Assembly (NCBI GenBank): GCA_050486185.1
Contig: JBJHCT010000001.1
Coordinates: forward strand, 178,866-242,865
Source: Candidatus Saccharimonadota bacterium
GTDB lineage: Bacteria; Patescibacteriota; Saccharimonadia; QS-5-54-17
Reading direction: 5' to 3'
DNA length: 64,000 nucleotides
Every line of letters begins with the position of its first letter. The first letter of the stretch is position 1. Shown here piece by piece: positions 36,268 to 45,569 of this stretch. Under the pieces are notes generated by a model. It was not told the origin of the DNA and did not search any database. It worked only from the letters and a program-made list of their open reading frames with translations. The position numbers and the translations under genes were made by a program.

Positions 36268-37084
36268 CTACAACCCCTGCGTGATTATTTGCTAATGCGA
36301 CTGTATCTAGTATATAGCGCTTATTAACATTCGTCACCATCAATTCACTTGATTTAATAGTTGCAATCGATTTTTCTAACCAATCTTGATTACCTGCGTC
36401 ATTCTCTAGCATATATCTAGCGTATAGGACGATTTCATCTAATACTTCCGGTAGGTATTCTTGCAAGTCTTTAGCTGCTTTAAGCCTAGAGCTAGGCTGG
36501 CCACTTAGTAGCTGCTCAATTAATTGGTATCTTTCTAGAACCGCTTCTTTAACCTCTTCATCAGCAAGTATGCTGACTAAACGACCTGGCAAGTATCCAC
36601 TCATAACTAGAGCAGCTTCTAGCATGCCTTGATCAACGTCTTTAAACTCTTCACTAGCCCAATCAATCATTTCAGATTTACTTGGTGGTGGGAAATATAG
36701 GGCTTGGCTGCGTGATCTAATGGTCGGCAGTAACGCATAGAGGTCACTGGTGACCATAATGACAGCTACACTCTCTGGCAGCTCCTCAAGTGTCTTTAAA
36801 AAAGCGTTCTGAGCCGCTGCTGTCATCTTTTCAGCTGATTTAATTAATATATAGACAGTCTCTTTATGCCACTGCTTTAGTTTTAGCTGCTTGGTAAGGT
36901 ATTTAATCCCCTCTACTCCGATAGAGCCTTCCTCACCAAATATCTGCACGTTATTTACTCCTAAAGTCTCAACTATAGAGGAGCTCTTACCTATGCCTCC
37001 TGGCCCATAGACTATATAGACTCCAGGGGTCTTGATAGTATCGAGTACCGCATCGCTCTTAGAATTTAACAACATCATCGGCAC
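36254..37084 (-). CDS. holB: DNA polymerase III delta'-like AAA+ protein
   Basis: P-loop YGPGGIGKSS; size and position are typical of delta'. Confidence 0.6.
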   Translation of the reverse strand: MPMMLLNSKSDAVLDTIKTPGVYIVYGPGGIGKSSSIVETLGVNNVQIFGEEGSIGVEGIKYLTKQLKLKQWHKETVYILIKSAEKMTAAAQNAFLKTLEELPESVAVIMVTSDLYALLPTIRSRSQALYFPPPSKSEMIDWASEEFKDVDQGMLEAALVMSGYLPGRLVSILADEEVKEAVLERYQLIEQLLSGQPSSRLKAAKDLQEYLPEVLDEIVLYARYMLENDAGNQDWLEKSIATIKSSELMVTNVNKRYILDTVALANNHAGVVDGGN

Positions 37085-37138
37085 CTATTATATAGCTAAA
37101 AGAGGTAGCAGCCAAAACGGGCTACATTTCTTAGATAC

Positions 37139-37822
37139 TTACAAAGACTGCCAGTAGTTGGCCAGTTCATCTGGTAACTCGCTAGTGTAGCTAACCGACT
37201 CACCGCTCATATCGACAAAAGCGATACTTTTAGCATGCAGAAACTGTCTACTCAAACCCTTGGTCGATACTCCATATATGCGGTCCCCTAGTACCGGGTG
37301 GCCTAAGTGAGCTAGATGCACTCTAATTTGATGAGTTCTGCCCGTTAAAATCCTAACTCCCAGTAAACTTTTACCGTCTTTTTCTTCCAAGACTTCGTAC
37401 TCAGTGATAGCCATCTTACCACCAGATCTGACCTGTCTCTTGGCAGGATCCTTTGGCGATCTAGCTATGGGCCACTCGAGTCTTGCTTGTGGCAGTTTTA
37501 ATTTACCGCTAACAGCTGCTAGGTAGTATTTCTCTACCTGCCGGCTTTTAAATAGGCTTTGTAGGTATTCTCTACTTTTAGTATTTTTAGCAACCAATAA
37601 CACTCCAGAAGTATCTCTATCTAGTCGATGAACTATGCCTGGTCGATCAGAACCTGGATCATCTATTTGATCTGCTAGTATCTCTGCGACCGATAAGCCT
37701 ACTGTATCAGATGAGGCTGCATCAGCTTCCCTGCCAGGATGCACCAACATACCGGCCGGTTTATTTACTACCAGGTAATCTGGAGTTTGAAAGATAATTT
37801 CTAGATTATGAGCCATATACAT
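37139..37822 (-). CDS. RluA-family pseudouridine synthase
   Basis: Catalytic-Asp motif HRLDRDTSGVLLVAK. Confidence 0.85.
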   Translation of the reverse strand: MYMAHNLEIIFQTPDYLVVNKPAGMLVHPGREADAASSDTVGLSVAEILADQIDDPGSDRPGIVHRLDRDTSGVLLVAKNTKSREYLQSLFKSRQVEKYYLAAVSGKLKLPQARLEWPIARSPKDPAKRQVRSGGKMAITEYEVLEEKDGKSLLGVRILTGRTHQIRVHLAHLGHPVLGDRIYGVSTKGLSRQFLHAKSIAFVDMSGESVSYTSELPDELANYWQSL

Positions 37823-37864
37823 CAGCTAGTATAGCAGTTGAAACCTAAGGGCTTTAAGTAGGTT

Positions 37865-38281
37865 CTAACGCTTAGTGAACTGTGGAGCCTTACGAGCTCG
37901 CTTGAGGCCGTATTTCTTTCGTTCTTTGACTCTAGAGTCACGTTTGATGTATCCAGCTCGTTTCAGAGTCGATCTAAGCTGATCGTCCATAGCTACTAGG
38001 GCGTTAGCTATAGCTAGTCTGGCTGCATCGGCCTGGCCACTAATTCCGCCACCTTTAATTACCAAAGTTATGCGGTATTTATCTTCTTTATCAAGTAGTT
38101 TTAATGGCTGAGCGATTCTTTGTGATAGTTCTTCGTGGCCGAAATATTCTTCAGCCTTTTTATCACCTACCCAAATACCTTTATCTCCAGAGCTATATAG
38201 CCTAGCAGTCACTACTGCTTCTTTGCGTCTACCGATTCCGTAATAGTATTTCATATGCTTATGACCTTTCTTTCTTACCAT
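37865..38281 (-). CDS. rpsI: 30S ribosomal protein S9
   Basis: C-terminal ...GLKRARKAPQFTKR is typical of S9. Follows rplM. Confidence 0.9.
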   Translation of the reverse strand: MVRKKGHKHMKYYYGIGRRKEAVVTARLYSSGDKGIWVGDKKAEEYFGHEELSQRIAQPLKLLDKEDKYRITLVIKGGGISGQADAARLAIANALVAMDDQLRSTLKRAGYIKRDSRVKERKKYGLKRARKAPQFTKR

Positions 38282-38708
38282 CGAGCTTTAGCTCCTCTGG
38301 TTGCTGAGCTTCGTGAGTATGCTCTGCCCCTGGGAACACTTTTAGTCTCAACATTCTACCGTCCCGTAGTTTATTGCTGGGCAGCATTCCTCTAACTGAG
38401 CTGATTATAACTTGGGTGGAGTCTTTATCTAGCTGCTCACTCAAAGTACGTGACTTGATGCCTCCTGGGTAGCCACTGTGTCTGTAGTAGGTTTTAGCAG
38501 CTAACTTATTACCGGTAGTTTTAACCTTATCAGCGTTAATAACGATAATGTGATCACCACCATCAATATGCGGTGTGTAGCTAGCTTTATGTTTACCCAT
38601 CAAGTATTTAGCAACTACAGTTGATAGTCTACCTAACACTACGTCTTTAGCATCAACAACATACCATTTTCTAGCAACTTCAACCGGTCTTTGTGAGTAA
38701 GTTTTCAT
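38259..38708 (-). CDS. rplM: 50S ribosomal protein L13
   Basis: L13-like sequence, paired with rpsI. Confidence 0.9.
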   Translation of the reverse strand: MKTYSQRPVEVARKWYVVDAKDVVLGRLSTVVAKYLMGKHKASYTPHIDGGDHIIVINADKVKTTGNKLAAKTYYRHSGYPGGIKSRTLSEQLDKDSTQVIISSVRGMLPSNKLRDGRMLRLKVFPGAEHTHEAQQPEELKLDGKKERS

Positions 38709-39238
38709 TATTTATCCTCTTTCTTTTTGGCAGCAGAAGCCTTCTTAGCAGCAGGTTTCTTGGTTGTCGTTTTAGTTGCCGTCTTAGCGGTTGATTTAGC
38801 AGCGGTAGTCTTTTTAGTAGTGTCGGCTGTCTTTGTTGTAGATTTAGCAGTAGTAGCAGGCTTAGTAGCTGGTTTCTTGCTGTCTTCTTTAACAAAGCTA
38901 ATTGTAGCCATCTCGGTATTATCACCTCTGCGCCAACCGGCCGACTCAATCCTTAGATATCCGCCAGGTCTAGTCTTAAACCTAGGTCCTAAATCAGAAA
39001 ACAACTTATCTAGTGACTCTTTGGTGCTGATTTTACTCAAAACCAATCTGCGGTTGTGTTGGTTATCAACCTTAGCTTTAGTTATCAGCTTCTCAACGTA
39101 AGGTCTTAGAGCCTTAGCTTTAGGCTTAGTGGTCTTAATACTCTCATGAGTTATTAGAGACTCAGTTAAAGTCTTTAATAGGGCTCGGCGCTGATCGCGC
39201 TTTCTGGATAGTTTATGTCTTTGCGCTGGCAGTGACAT
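38708..39238 (-). CDS. rplQ: 50S ribosomal protein L17 with Lys/Ala/Thr-rich C-terminal extension
   Basis: L17 core ...RPGGYLRI..., then a low-complexity tail. Follows rpoA. Confidence 0.9.
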   Translation of the reverse strand: MSLPAQRHKLSRKRDQRRALLKTLTESLITHESIKTTKPKAKALRPYVEKLITKAKVDNQHNRRLVLSKISTKESLDKLFSDLGPRFKTRPGGYLRIESAGWRRGDNTEMATISFVKEDSKKPATKPATTAKSTTKTADTTKKTTAAKSTAKTATKTTTKKPAAKKASAAKKKEDK

Positions 39239-40146
39239 TATTTTAGCTCCAGTTCCTTTAGCTTACTTATAACTTCATCTAGGGCCTTAGCGCCGAAGCC
39301 CTTTAGGCCTTTAAGGTCAGAATCATTCATGGCAGCTAGTTGCTTCAGTGTGACTACACCGTTTTTCTCTAATGCATTGAAAGTGCGTTGTGAAAAGTCT
39401 AGATCAGCTACGCTGATGTTTAGATCTTCTGGCTCTTCTTCTGGCTCTTCTACTTCGGCTACAGCATTGCCACCGGCTATGACGTTGAATTGGTTAACTA
39501 GGATAGTAGAGGCTTGTTCTAAGGTGTCTCTAGGATCGATAGTACCATCAGTTTCTATACTGATAATTAGCTTGTCTAGGTCGGTAACTTGTCCGACACG
39601 AGTGTTCTCTACCTTGTATCTAACCTTTTTGATAGGTGAGAATAGGGCATCAAGTCCGATCATGCCTACACCAAAGTTTCCAGCCTGCTCATCAACTGTC
39701 TGATAACCGCGGCCTTTCTCTACCTGTAAGCTCATCTCTAGTTTAGATTTGTCGTTATCTAAAGTAGCAATGATTTGATCAGGGTTGACTACTTCAACCT
39801 CAGAACTACCTTCTAAATCAGCAGCCGTTACAGGGCCTTTGCCCTTTTTGCTGATTTTAAGAGTTTGTGGTTCATCGCTGTAGACTTTGAATCTAATCTT
39901 CTTTAGGTTCAAGCTGATGATCACTACATCTTCTTTAACACCATTTAGAGTGGTGAACTCATGGGTTGCTCCATCAACACTAAAGGCAGTAGCTGCTGCA
40001 CCGCTTAGTGAGGAAAGTAGCACTCGACGCAGTGAGTTGCCGATAGTAACACCGAAACCCCTGTGTAAAGGCTCGATAGTGTACTCACCGACAAAATCGC
40101 TTTCGTCTATAATCTTAACTTCTGGCAAATGAATATTGTATTGCAT
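39238..40146 (-). CDS. rpoA: DNA-directed RNA polymerase subunit alpha
   Basis: N-terminal domain ...GFGVTIGNSLRRVLLSS..., and a C-terminal domain with the HhH-like ...NGVVTLKQL.... Confidence 0.9.
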   Translation of the reverse strand: MQYNIHLPEVKIIDESDFVGEYTIEPLHRGFGVTIGNSLRRVLLSSLSGAAATAFSVDGATHEFTTLNGVKEDVVIISLNLKKIRFKVYSDEPQTLKISKKGKGPVTAADLEGSSEVEVVNPDQIIATLDNDKSKLEMSLQVEKGRGYQTVDEQAGNFGVGMIGLDALFSPIKKVRYKVENTRVGQVTDLDKLIISIETDGTIDPRDTLEQASTILVNQFNVIAGGNAVAEVEEPEEEPEDLNISVADLDFSQRTFNALEKNGVVTLKQLAAMNDSDLKGLKGFGAKALDEVISKLKELELK

Positions 40147-40168
40147 ATATTTCTCCTTCTTTTCTTGC

Positions 40169-40774
40169 TTATCTTGAGTAAAACTCTACTATTAATTGTT
40201 CATTGATCTCAGGCTCTGCCTCATCACGATTAGGTAGACCTGTTACTTTAGCGCTCATCTTACTTTTATTAAAAGAAAGCCAACTTAATTCTGGAGATCC
40301 TTCAATAGTAAGTGACTGGAAGTAAGTGTTTTTCGCACTTTTCGGTCTAATCGTAATCTCATCACCTGGCCTGACTCTAATAGAAGGTATATCTACGCGG
40401 CGTCCATTAAGCATAATGTGGCCATGAGTAACTAGCTGACGAGCTGATTGACGAGAAGTAGCTAGTTGCAGCCTATAAACTACATTATCTAGACGTCTTT
40501 CTAGGTATTGCAATATCAATTCACCGGTTACGCCTTCGCCTTTTTCGGCCTCTTTAACTAATTTACGGAACTGCTTTTCAAGTAGTCCATAGATTCTTTT
40601 GACCTTCTGCTTTTCACGTAACTGCGTAGCATACTGGGTAGGCTTTGATCTTCTAGCACCGGCATTTTCTCCCGGTAGGGACTTTCGCTTGGCCATAATC
40701 TTGTGAGCTTTAGGATGCAAAGCTACACCTTCTCTACGACTTCTTTTAGCAATCGGCATTAAATCTCTAGCCAT
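40169..40774 (-). CDS. rpsD: 30S ribosomal protein S4
   Basis: S4 N-terminus plus an S4 RNA-binding domain, in alpha-operon order. Confidence 0.9.
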   Translation of the reverse strand: MARDLMPIAKRSRREGVALHPKAHKIMAKRKSLPGENAGARRSKPTQYATQLREKQKVKRIYGLLEKQFRKLVKEAEKGEGVTGELILQYLERRLDNVVYRLQLATSRQSARQLVTHGHIMLNGRRVDIPSIRVRPGDEITIRPKSAKNTYFQSLTIEGSPELSWLSFNKSKMSAKVTGLPNRDEAEPEINEQLIVEFYSR

Positions 40775-40777
40775 ATC

Positions 40778-41173
40778 TTAAACCCTTCTAGCCTTTCTAG
40801 GCCTACAGCCGTTGTGTGGCACACCTGTAACGTCTTTGATACTAGTTACATTGATATCAGTATTCATCAGCGCTCTAATGGCTGCTTCTCGGCCCTGGCC
40901 AATACCTTTAACAAACACCTGAACCTGCTTCATACCGAAAGGCTTAACTTTCTCAGCAGCATTCTCACTAGCTAGCTGGGCGGCATAGGCAGTGCCCTTA
41001 CGAGATCCTTTAAAACCACTAGCACCAGCTGAGGAAGAAGCTAGTGTATTACCCTTGTTATCGGTAAAAGTAACTATGGTGTTATTAAAACTAGCGAAAA
41101 CATGCACCTGGCCGGTTGGGACAGATTTCTTCTGCTTTGCTTTAGTAGTAGTCTTTTTTGTAGCTTGAGCCAT
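40778..41173 (-). CDS. rpsK: 30S ribosomal protein S11
   Basis: Conserved S11 sequence and position. Confidence 0.9.
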   Translation of the reverse strand: MAQATKKTTTKAKQKKSVPTGQVHVFASFNNTIVTFTDNKGNTLASSSAGASGFKGSRKGTAYAAQLASENAAEKVKPFGMKQVQVFVKGIGQGREAAIRALMNTDINVTSIKDVTGVPHNGCRPRKARRV

Positions 41174-41205
41174 TAAATATTACCTCTTTTATACCTTTCT
41201 TGATC

Positions 41206-41592
41206 TTAAGTTGGCGTTGGAGCCTTATTTTTCGCACCACCAACTGTCATTCTCTTGCCTCGTTTAGTTCTAGCGTTGGTCTTGGTTCTTTGTCCTCGTA
41301 CCGGTAGTCCTGCTTTGTGTCTCATACCTCTGTATGAGTTGATTTCTCGAAGACGAGAAATACTAACTCTAATACGTTGAGCAAGATCTCCCTCAACTTC
41401 GTAATCTTTATCGATAATTTCACGGATCTTACTTAGCTCTGTTTCTGATAAATCTTTGATTCTGACATTCTCATCTACTTTAGCTTTAGCTAGTATCTTT
41501 TGAGAGTTTGCTCTACCAATGCCGTAAACGTATGTCAGCGCAATAACTGCTCTTTTATCATCTGGAATGTTAACTCCTGCTATTCTAGCCAT
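41206..41592 (-). CDS. rpsM: 30S ribosomal protein S13
   Basis: [14 protein letters not shown] start is typical of S13. Confidence 0.9.
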   Translation of the reverse strand: MARIAGVNIPDDKRAVIALTYVYGIGRANSQKILAKAKVDENVRIKDLSETELSKIREIIDKDYEVEGDLAQRIRVSISRLREINSYRGMRHKAGLPVRGQRTKTNARTKRGKRMTVGGAKNKAPTPT

Positions 41593-41595
41593 TTT

Positions 41596-41709
41596 TTATC
41601 CTTGCCTCTGCTTATGTTTAGGGTTTACGCATATAACACGCACCACGCCCTCACGGCGAATAACTTTGCATCTGGCGCAAATCTTCTTGACGCTAGCTTG
41701 AACTTTCAT
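41596..41709 (-). CDS. rpmJ: 50S ribosomal protein L36
   Basis: Translating the reverse strand by hand gives [37 protein letters not shown] (37 aa). Missed by the ORF track. Confidence 0.85.
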   Translation of the reverse strand: MKVQASVKKICARCKVIRREGVVRVICVNPKHKQRQG

Positions 41710-41727
41710 ATTAAGCGTTTAAACCCC

Positions 41728-41949
41728 TTATTTATGTCTATAGGTGATTCTGCCCTTCTCTAGATCGTAAGGTGTCATTTCAACTGTCACCTTGTCCCCG
41801 GGCACAATCTTGATGTAGTGCATTCTCATTTTTCCAGCAATAATGCCTGTTATCTCGTGTCCGTTTTCTAAACGCACACGAAACATTGCGTTTGGCAACG
41901 TTTCTAGAATTGTTCCTTCAAATTCTACAACCTGCTTTTTGCTGGCCAT
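41728..41949 (-). CDS. infA: Translation initiation factor IF-1
   Basis: 73-aa S1-like OB protein; [15 protein letters not shown] is typical of IF-1. Confidence 0.9.
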   Translation of the reverse strand: MASKKQVVEFEGTILETLPNAMFRVRLENGHEITGIIAGKMRMHYIKIVPGDKVTVEMTPYDLEKGRITYRHK

Positions 41950-41980
41950 AAGCTACAAGACTCCATTATAAGTAGTGGAC

Positions 41981-41998
41981 AGGGGTTTGTAAACCCCT
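41981..41998. repeat. Copy 1 of an 18-nt GC hairpin AGGGGTTTGTAAACCCCT
   Basis: Identical 18-mer recurs at 59277..59294. It folds as AGGGG-loop-CCCCU. Confidence 0.6.
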
Positions 41999-42206
41999 AT
42001 TTCACAACTTTTTTTATTTGTATTAATTAGCACTATATCACTAGTGGTAGGGATTTGCAAGGATATTAGTTTTGGATAAGCAAAGAATATGTGCTTAATT
42101 AATATCTGGAAATCTTGGATTTGAATAGTGATTACTCTAACGCAACACTCCTGGATCTCTCGCTAGAAGGAGGGTAATACCGTTATTGTTGGCATTTAAA
42201 CCACCA

Positions 42207-42866
42207 CTACATCTTCTCTGCAACAACAGTAATTACCCGATTCCTAAAAGTACTAGTGGCCGAAGATGTCGCATACTTTGCGGTAAACGTAGTAGTACCG
42301 GGGTTCAGCCCGCTAAGCAAAAACGTTCTGGAAGCCGTACCATGTCCTGACCCGGCCCAGGAATTCCCTATAGCACTACGGCTTTGCGCTGTCAGCCCTC
42401 CCCAAGTATCCCCAGCGGCGTATGTATTTGTTCCAGTCGCTGCAAGGTTCATTGACGTCACAACACCAGCACCCGAACCCCACATAAAGGCACTCAGCGA
42501 TACCAGGACTTTACCAGATGCTGGTACGTCGATTTCAATAGAAGGACCAACAGTGGCTAAATCAGTAAAAGATGTGCTAGTGGTTGACTCTTGTGCTGCT
42601 GTTTCTGAACCCTCGAAGCTTATTCCAGACTCTTCAACCACCCCATCTACATAACTCTTGTTAGCTACATCAGTATTATTGACTGGATCTTCTACTTGCA
42701 GCCTACCCCATTCATCATAAGCTGCTAGTCTACTTCCTCCTGCTGTTTCTCCATCATGTACTCTAAGAGTCTTATTAGTAGTATCTACTGTAACTTCACG
42801 GCTTACTCCAGTGAAGCTATCGTTATCGTTTGCTGTACCACCTCTTAGTTGGACTTGGTCGGGCAT
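42207..42866 (-). CDS. Tail-fibre-repeat paralog #5, inserted between secY and infA
   Basis: Conserved N-module. Unique Ser/Thr/Gly-rich, GC-richer C-terminal ~140 aa. Confidence 0.7.
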   Translation of the reverse strand: MPDQVQLRGGTANDNDSFTGVSREVTVDTTNKTLRVHDGETAGGSRLAAYDEWGRLQVEDPVNNTDVANKSYVDGVVEESGISFEGSETAAQESTTSTSFTDLATVGPSIEIDVPASGKVLVSLSAFMWGSGAGVVTSMNLAATGTNTYAAGDTWGGLTAQSRSAIGNSWAGSGHGTASRTFLLSGLNPGTTTFTAKYATSSATSTFRNRVITVVAEKM

Positions 42867-42912
42867 GGTGTTAGTTACTCTTTCTAAATCCTTATGGATT
42901 ACTGTTGTCTTT

Positions 42913-42942
42913 ATATTAGGTTAGTAGAGTAGGTTTAGTCAA
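42913..42942 (-). promoter_or_regulatory. Promoter of paralog #5 (TTGACT-N18-TAATAT)
   Basis: Reverse strand: TTGACTaaacctactctactaaccTAATAT, then a UTR shared with paralog #2. Confidence 0.4.
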
Positions 42943-42948
42943 CGCTAT

Positions 42949-44256
42949 CTACTTATAACTAGCGTTAATAATCTGTGAGTCGATTTGGCGCAAGCTTTCG
43001 ATACTAACACTGACTACAATCAATAGCCCTGTACCACCAAAGGTTAGAGCTTGTGATCCGGTGATGTATTCACCTATAAAGGGCAGTACAGCTATAAAGC
43101 CTAGGGAGATAGCTCCAAAGAGAGTAATCCTATTAACGATCTTCCTTAGATACTCCTCTGTTTGTTTACCGGGCCTAATACCGGGTATAAAGCCGCCTTG
43201 TTTTTGCAAGTTCTCAGCAATGTCGACTGGATTGAAGACTATACCGGTATAGAAGTAAGTAAAAGCTACTACTAAGCCAAAGTAGGTGAAAGCATAGATC
43301 ATATTGGATGGATCAAACCATACAGTTAAGTTAGTAGCTAGTGTTGCTAGCCAAGCTGCATCGGCATTAGCTAGAATCTGACCGATAAAGGCCGGTAAGG
43401 ACAGGAAGGCTACTGCAAATATGATTGGGATTACACCGGCCGTTAGAATACGGATAGGAAGCTCTGATTCCACCCCGCCATAGCCGCTGTTTTGCATCCG
43501 CTTAGCATAGGAGACTTTAACGATTCTCCTAGCCTCATTGAGCTTAACGATATAGTAAGTGATGATGAGCGAGGCGATTACAAAGAAGCCGACCTGCAGA
43601 ATTTCAGTAGTTGAGGCTTGAACTATCGAAACAGCCTGACCGAAGACACCTGGCAATTGAGCGATGATAGAGGCGGCAATCAATATAGATATACCATTAC
43701 CTACACCCTTCTCACTAATTAACTCACCCATCCACATCAGTAGCATCGAACCGGCCACCATAACTGTAATCATCAACACCCACTCATAGGCACTAGGATT
43801 ACCAATAATATCGGTCTGGCCCACCTGGATAGCTAATTGTCTAATAAAGAAGACGGTACCGATAGATTGGCCGATAGCTAATGGCAAGGTTAGATACCGA
43901 GTATATTGATTGATCTTGCGTCTACCCTCTTCACCCTCTTTTTTCAACTCCGAGAACTTTGGCACCACCTGGGTAAGTATCTGCATGATAATTGAGGCAT
44001 TAATATATGGGCCTAGACCCATTAGAGCAATCGAGAAGTTCGCTACCGCACCACCGGAAAATAGATCAACTAAGCCAAATAGACGATTGCTAGATAGTAG
44101 ATCAGTTAAAAAGTTACTTAAAGTCGCACTATCGGCAAAAGGAATAGGTACATGGGCCATAATCCTGTAGATTAATACCATAAAAAAGACCGCTAGGATT
44201 TTGTTACGTAAATCCTTATTGGTTAAAACGGATTTGAGTATCCTGTTGCCCTCCAT
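42949..44256 (-). CDS. secY: Preprotein translocase subunit SecY
   Basis: 10-TM protein with conserved SecY blocks. Follows rplO. Confidence 0.9.
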   Translation of the reverse strand: MEGNRILKSVLTNKDLRNKILAVFFMVLIYRIMAHVPIPFADSATLSNFLTDLLSSNRLFGLVDLFSGGAVANFSIALMGLGPYINASIIMQILTQVVPKFSELKKEGEEGRRKINQYTRYLTLPLAIGQSIGTVFFIRQLAIQVGQTDIIGNPSAYEWVLMITVMVAGSMLLMWMGELISEKGVGNGISILIAASIIAQLPGVFGQAVSIVQASTTEILQVGFFVIASLIITYYIVKLNEARRIVKVSYAKRMQNSGYGGVESELPIRILTAGVIPIIFAVAFLSLPAFIGQILANADAAWLATLATNLTVWFDPSNMIYAFTYFGLVVAFTYFYTGIVFNPVDIAENLQKQGGFIPGIRPGKQTEEYLRKIVNRITLFGAISLGFIAVLPFIGEYITGSQALTFGGTGLLIVVSVSIESLRQIDSQIINASYK

Positions 44257-44281
44257 GAATATGGACTCCTACCTTTAAGCT

Positions 44282-44761
44282 TTAAGTTACTTTGCTTTCT
44301 TCTGTCTTCTTGGGTTTCTCTGCTGTTTTAACTTTCTCTATGCTACCACCGGCCGACTCTATAGCTTCTTTGGCGGTCTTAGACATTTTAGCCAAGCTAA
44401 CTTTTAGTGATTTTTCTAATTTACCCCTATTGAGTAGCTTAACATCTATCGCCTTATCACTCACTAGTCCTGCACTAATTAGAGCCTGCTTATCAACCAC
44501 GCTTCCAGCTTTAAACTGGTTCAACTGATCGGTGTGGACTACCGCCGGCTTAGCTCTGTTAGATTTAAATCCCCGGCTCTTAGGTATTCTCTTTAGTAGT
44601 GGGTTCTGACCACCCTCAAAGCCTGGACGAGTACCGCCACCGGTTCGAGCGTTTTGACCCTTAGTACCACGTCCGGCCGTTTTGCCACGACCACTACCTG
44701 TGCCGCGTCCGACTCGTCTGGCTTTTTTGCTGCTTTTAGCTTTTAGTTCGTGGTACTTCAT
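44282..44761 (-). CDS. rplO: 50S ribosomal protein L15
   Basis: Gly/Arg-rich L15 N-terminus, in spc-operon order. Confidence 0.9.
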   Translation of the reverse strand: MKYHELKAKSSKKARRVGRGTGSGRGKTAGRGTKGQNARTGGGTRPGFEGGQNPLLKRIPKSRGFKSNRAKPAVVHTDQLNQFKAGSVVDKQALISAGLVSDKAIDVKLLNRGKLEKSLKVSLAKMSKTAKEAIESAGGSIEKVKTAEKPKKTEESKVT

Positions 44762-45255
44762 TATTTAACCTCTCCTGATACATCAACATCATCGATTATC
44801 TTATCCAAAGCCTTCATAGTGGCATAGCTGCAGTTAATCTTATTAGATGATCCTAAAGACTTAGATAGAATATCGGATACTCCAGCTGCTAGTAGCACTT
44901 CTCTAACTGCACCGCCAGCAATTACACCAGTACCAGGTCCGGCCGGTTTTAGTAATACCTTAGCTCCTGAGTGTTTAGCCTGAACTTCATGGGGAATAGT
45001 ACCATCATTGAGTGCGATTTTTCTCATATCTTTCTGAGCTCTATCGGTAGCTTTAGAGACAGCGGTACTAACATCAGCACCCTTAGATATTCCAACACCT
45101 ACGCTACCCTCTCCATCACCCACTACTACTAGGGCACGAAAACGGAAACGGCGGCCACCCTTAACTACTCGAGTTACTCTATCTATGCTGATAACTCGCT
45201 CGTCAAGACCTGAGCTTTGTTCTTCTAGTCTGTTATTTCTTTCTCGATTATCCAT
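44761..45255 (-). CDS. rpsE: 30S ribosomal protein S5 (directly followed by rplO; no L30 gene)
   Basis: S5 dsRBD and C-terminal domains. Confidence 0.9.
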   Translation of the reverse strand: MDNRERNNRLEEQSSGLDERVISIDRVTRVVKGGRRFRFRALVVVGDGEGSVGVGISKGADVSTAVSKATDRAQKDMRKIALNDGTIPHEVQAKHSGAKVLLKPAGPGTGVIAGGAVREVLLAAGVSDILSKSLGSSNKINCSYATMKALDKIIDDVDVSGEVK

Positions 45256-45569
45256 TAAAACTCCAATCCTCCCTCTCTAGCGGCTGTTGCTAGAGCTTTG
45301 ACTCTACCGTGATATAGCTTACTGCCTCTATCAAAAACTACTTGTTTGATTTTAGCTTTTTGAGCCTTTTTGGCAATATCATCGCCAACATAGGTTGCCT
45401 TATCGGTCAAGCTGCCCTTAACCTTACCAGCCATTGAGCTGCTGTGAGCTAGGGTAATGCTCTTTTCATCATCGATAATTTGAGCGGTAACATTACGGTT
45501 ACTAACACTAACGCTTAAGCGTGGTTTTTGAGAAGTGCCATATACTGCTCTTTGTCTTAATCTGCTCAT
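45255..45569 (-). CDS. rplR: 50S ribosomal protein L18
   Basis: Conserved sequence and order. Confidence 0.9.
   Translation of the reverse strand: MSRLRQRAVYGTSQKPRLSVSVSNRNVTAQIIDDEKSITLAHSSSMAGKVKGSLTDKATYVGDDIAKKAQKAKIKQVVFDRGSKLYHGRVKALATAAREGGLEF

Noticed and set aside
38680-39101. Overlapping ORFs 38680..38949 (-) and 38727..39101 (+) at the rplQ 3' end
   Set aside because: These are artefacts of the low-complexity Lys/Ala/Thr-rich tail of L17, which reads open in several frames.
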